Shown here: in pieces, positions 62,301 to 64,000 of the stretch | Position numbering within the stretch: position 1 is the stretch's first letter | How the letters are laid out: every line of letters begins with the position of its first letter | Assembly: GCF_036321535.1 (NCBI RefSeq) | Contig: NC_087437.1 | Location: 57,538,001 to 57,602,000 of the forward strand | Length of the DNA stretch: 64,000 nucleotides | Direction: 5' to 3' | From: Camelus dromedarius | Taxonomy: Eukaryota | The notes under the pieces: model-generated | The model's input: only the letters and a program-made list of their open reading frames with translations | Told to the model about the DNA's origin: nothing | Databases searched by the model: none | Translations under genes and position numbers: made by a program

Positions 62301-62859
62301 AGCCTGTTTGTAAACACAGACTTGAGGATGAGAACCAAAAACTACAGTTAAAAGATCTTAAGGAAGGTATCCTCATTACAATAATCTAAGACTCCATACC
62401 CCACACCTGTATTTTCTCATTATAATAATGCCAGATTACTACTGGGATAATAAAATTAGCAGATACATTAAAAATTTTCAAGAATAAAAAACACACCCTG
62501 ACCATATATATACTAAAAATCAGGCATTAGAAAGGCATACAACTAAACTCTGAGGAAAAATATCCAGAAACCAATTTGCAACTGCCTCAATCACCTGTTA
62601 CCTTACATGTCACCCGAGTACACAAAAGTAATATGATGTTAAACCAAGTTTGAGGATAAGTGACACTGACAGATCTAATGGGCCAAATAGACAACTTAAA
62701 TTATGAAAGGAAGGCTCAAACTAAACAAGGCTTTTTAAATACTAAACCTTCAGTAATCTATTTTGCTTGATGGAGCACCAGGTAAACTACAGGTAAATCA
62801 CTTCAAGAAATCAAATTCAATGAACTTAAATATCCCAGCATTGTGTTATGGAAAGTGTG

Positions 62860-63060
62860 TTAGAATGAGCTTGGAGCATTAGTTCAAAGTCAGCTTGTGA
62901 CAGTAGGTAAACCCCTCAAAGCCCCCACAGCAGCCACTTCCTAATCCGTAAAATAAGCACAATATTATTTGCCTTTACCTGCTTCGCACGGGTAAATATC
63001 AAATGAAATACTGGGTGCAAACACACCTTGTAATCCATAAAATTCAATGTCAATATTATA
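62860..63060 (+). mobile_element. MIR relic
   Basis: 'cttcctaatccgtaaaataagcacaatattatttgcctttacctgcttcgcacgggt...atcaaatgaaata'. Confidence 0.6.
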
Positions 63061-63689
63061 TTCCATTTACAAAAGTACTGCTTTGCTTTTTGCAATCACC
63101 CTCAATTTATCATAGAACAGAAATAACTCTGTTTCTGAATAGAGTTTTAAAGCAAAGGTATAAATCATAAATACATCAAAAAGACTGTTTAAAAAAACAA
63201 TGTGCAAAGGGCAAAGAAATAAAAACAAAATAAAGTCCACAATATAGCTGCTAATGGAAAGAAAGCTTGCCTCCGTGATTTAGACCACAAAGGGAAAAAA
63301 CAAATAGACCACAGTTTGTGTCACTCTCATTAAGATTAAACCCCAAACATTCAATCTGATGTTGTTTCACGAGTGGCTAGGGTCAGGCCACAAAGCTTTC
63401 CCATGTGTCTGAAGAGCACTGGCAGCTGAAGCAACTGTGGTAATAGACATCACCTCTGTTGGAGTTATGGCTGGGTGGGTGATGTGGTGGGAAGGTATGC
63501 AGGAAACTCGTAGACGGAAATTCAAGGATGATTCAGACCCAAGCTTTGCCTTCAAGATGCTGACAATTTAGTTCTGGAGACAAAATTACAAACTGAACCA
63601 GAGGCAGAACAAAGAGCTATGAGAATGGCACAAGTGAAATGCTATGAAGGATAAGGCAAGGTAGTTTTGATTTCTTTACTTTCAATAGG

Positions 63690-63990
63690 GAAGATTTCAT
63701 GCTGAAAGCATACGGATCAGAAGGAATGAGATATTGACAAGCAAAGATGGCAGAAAAGGGCATTAGAACTGAGCGCATGGAAGGTGAGATACATGAAATG
63801 ACTCCAGAAGAAAATATAAAGAAGGAAAAAGGAAAGGAAAACATGCCACAAAGGGAAATGAAAATGTAGATGAAATTGGAGTTATGTTGGGGTCAAAGTG
63901 CTAAAGGGTTTGAAGGCCAGTCAAAGAAGTTTGAATTTTATAGTATGAGTTACTTTAATTCATTGAAGGTTTTGGAGGCAGCAAGTGGCT
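63690..63990 (-). mobile_element. L2 relic
   Basis: 'aaagggtttgaaggccagtcaaagaagtttgaattttat...cattgaaggttttg'. Confidence 0.6.
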
Positions 63991-64000
63991 AGTTTACCTT

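Noticed and set aside
1..64000. Prokaryote-type or novel multi-gene system (CRISPR array, operon, intact mobile element)
   Set aside because: No regularly spaced repeat-spacer array, no gene-dense ORF organisation and no intact transposase, RT or integrase ORF; content is typical mammalian non-coding DNA.

Overview
AT-rich, CpG-depleted eutherian (mammalian) non-coding DNA, either intergenic or deep inside a large intron. I recognise no protein-coding gene, RNA gene, operon or CRISPR-like system. The ORF track is consistent with chance ORFs, apart from decayed LINE-1 ORF1 (about 36.6-37.4 kb, minus) and ORF2 C-terminal remnants (about 18.9-19.3 kb and 23.4-23.6 kb). Three full-length tRNA-Ala-derived SINEs plus one tail-only copy resemble the camelid Vic-1-type SINE, and there are several cetartiodactyl-type L1 3' ends, so the source is probably a camelid (camel, llama or alpaca); this is an inference. 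A large part of the window is interspersed repeat: nine young 5'-truncated L1 3' ends (most with readable target-site duplications, TSDs; two with twin-priming 5' inversions), older L1M pieces including a 2.2-kb 5'UTR+ORF1 fragment, many MIR and L2 relics, hAT-Charlie elements (MER58B-, MER5- and Charlie4-like), an MLT1C-like MaLR solo LTR, two co-oriented Gypsy-like LTR relics and one unassigned LTR-like segment. Repeat family names come from my recollection of consensus sequences and need RepeatMasker/Dfam confirmation; boundaries of old elements are approximate. I did not find a convincing novel biological system. The best leads are retrotransposition-mechanism footprints and a few low-confidence promoter, exon and enhancer candidates.
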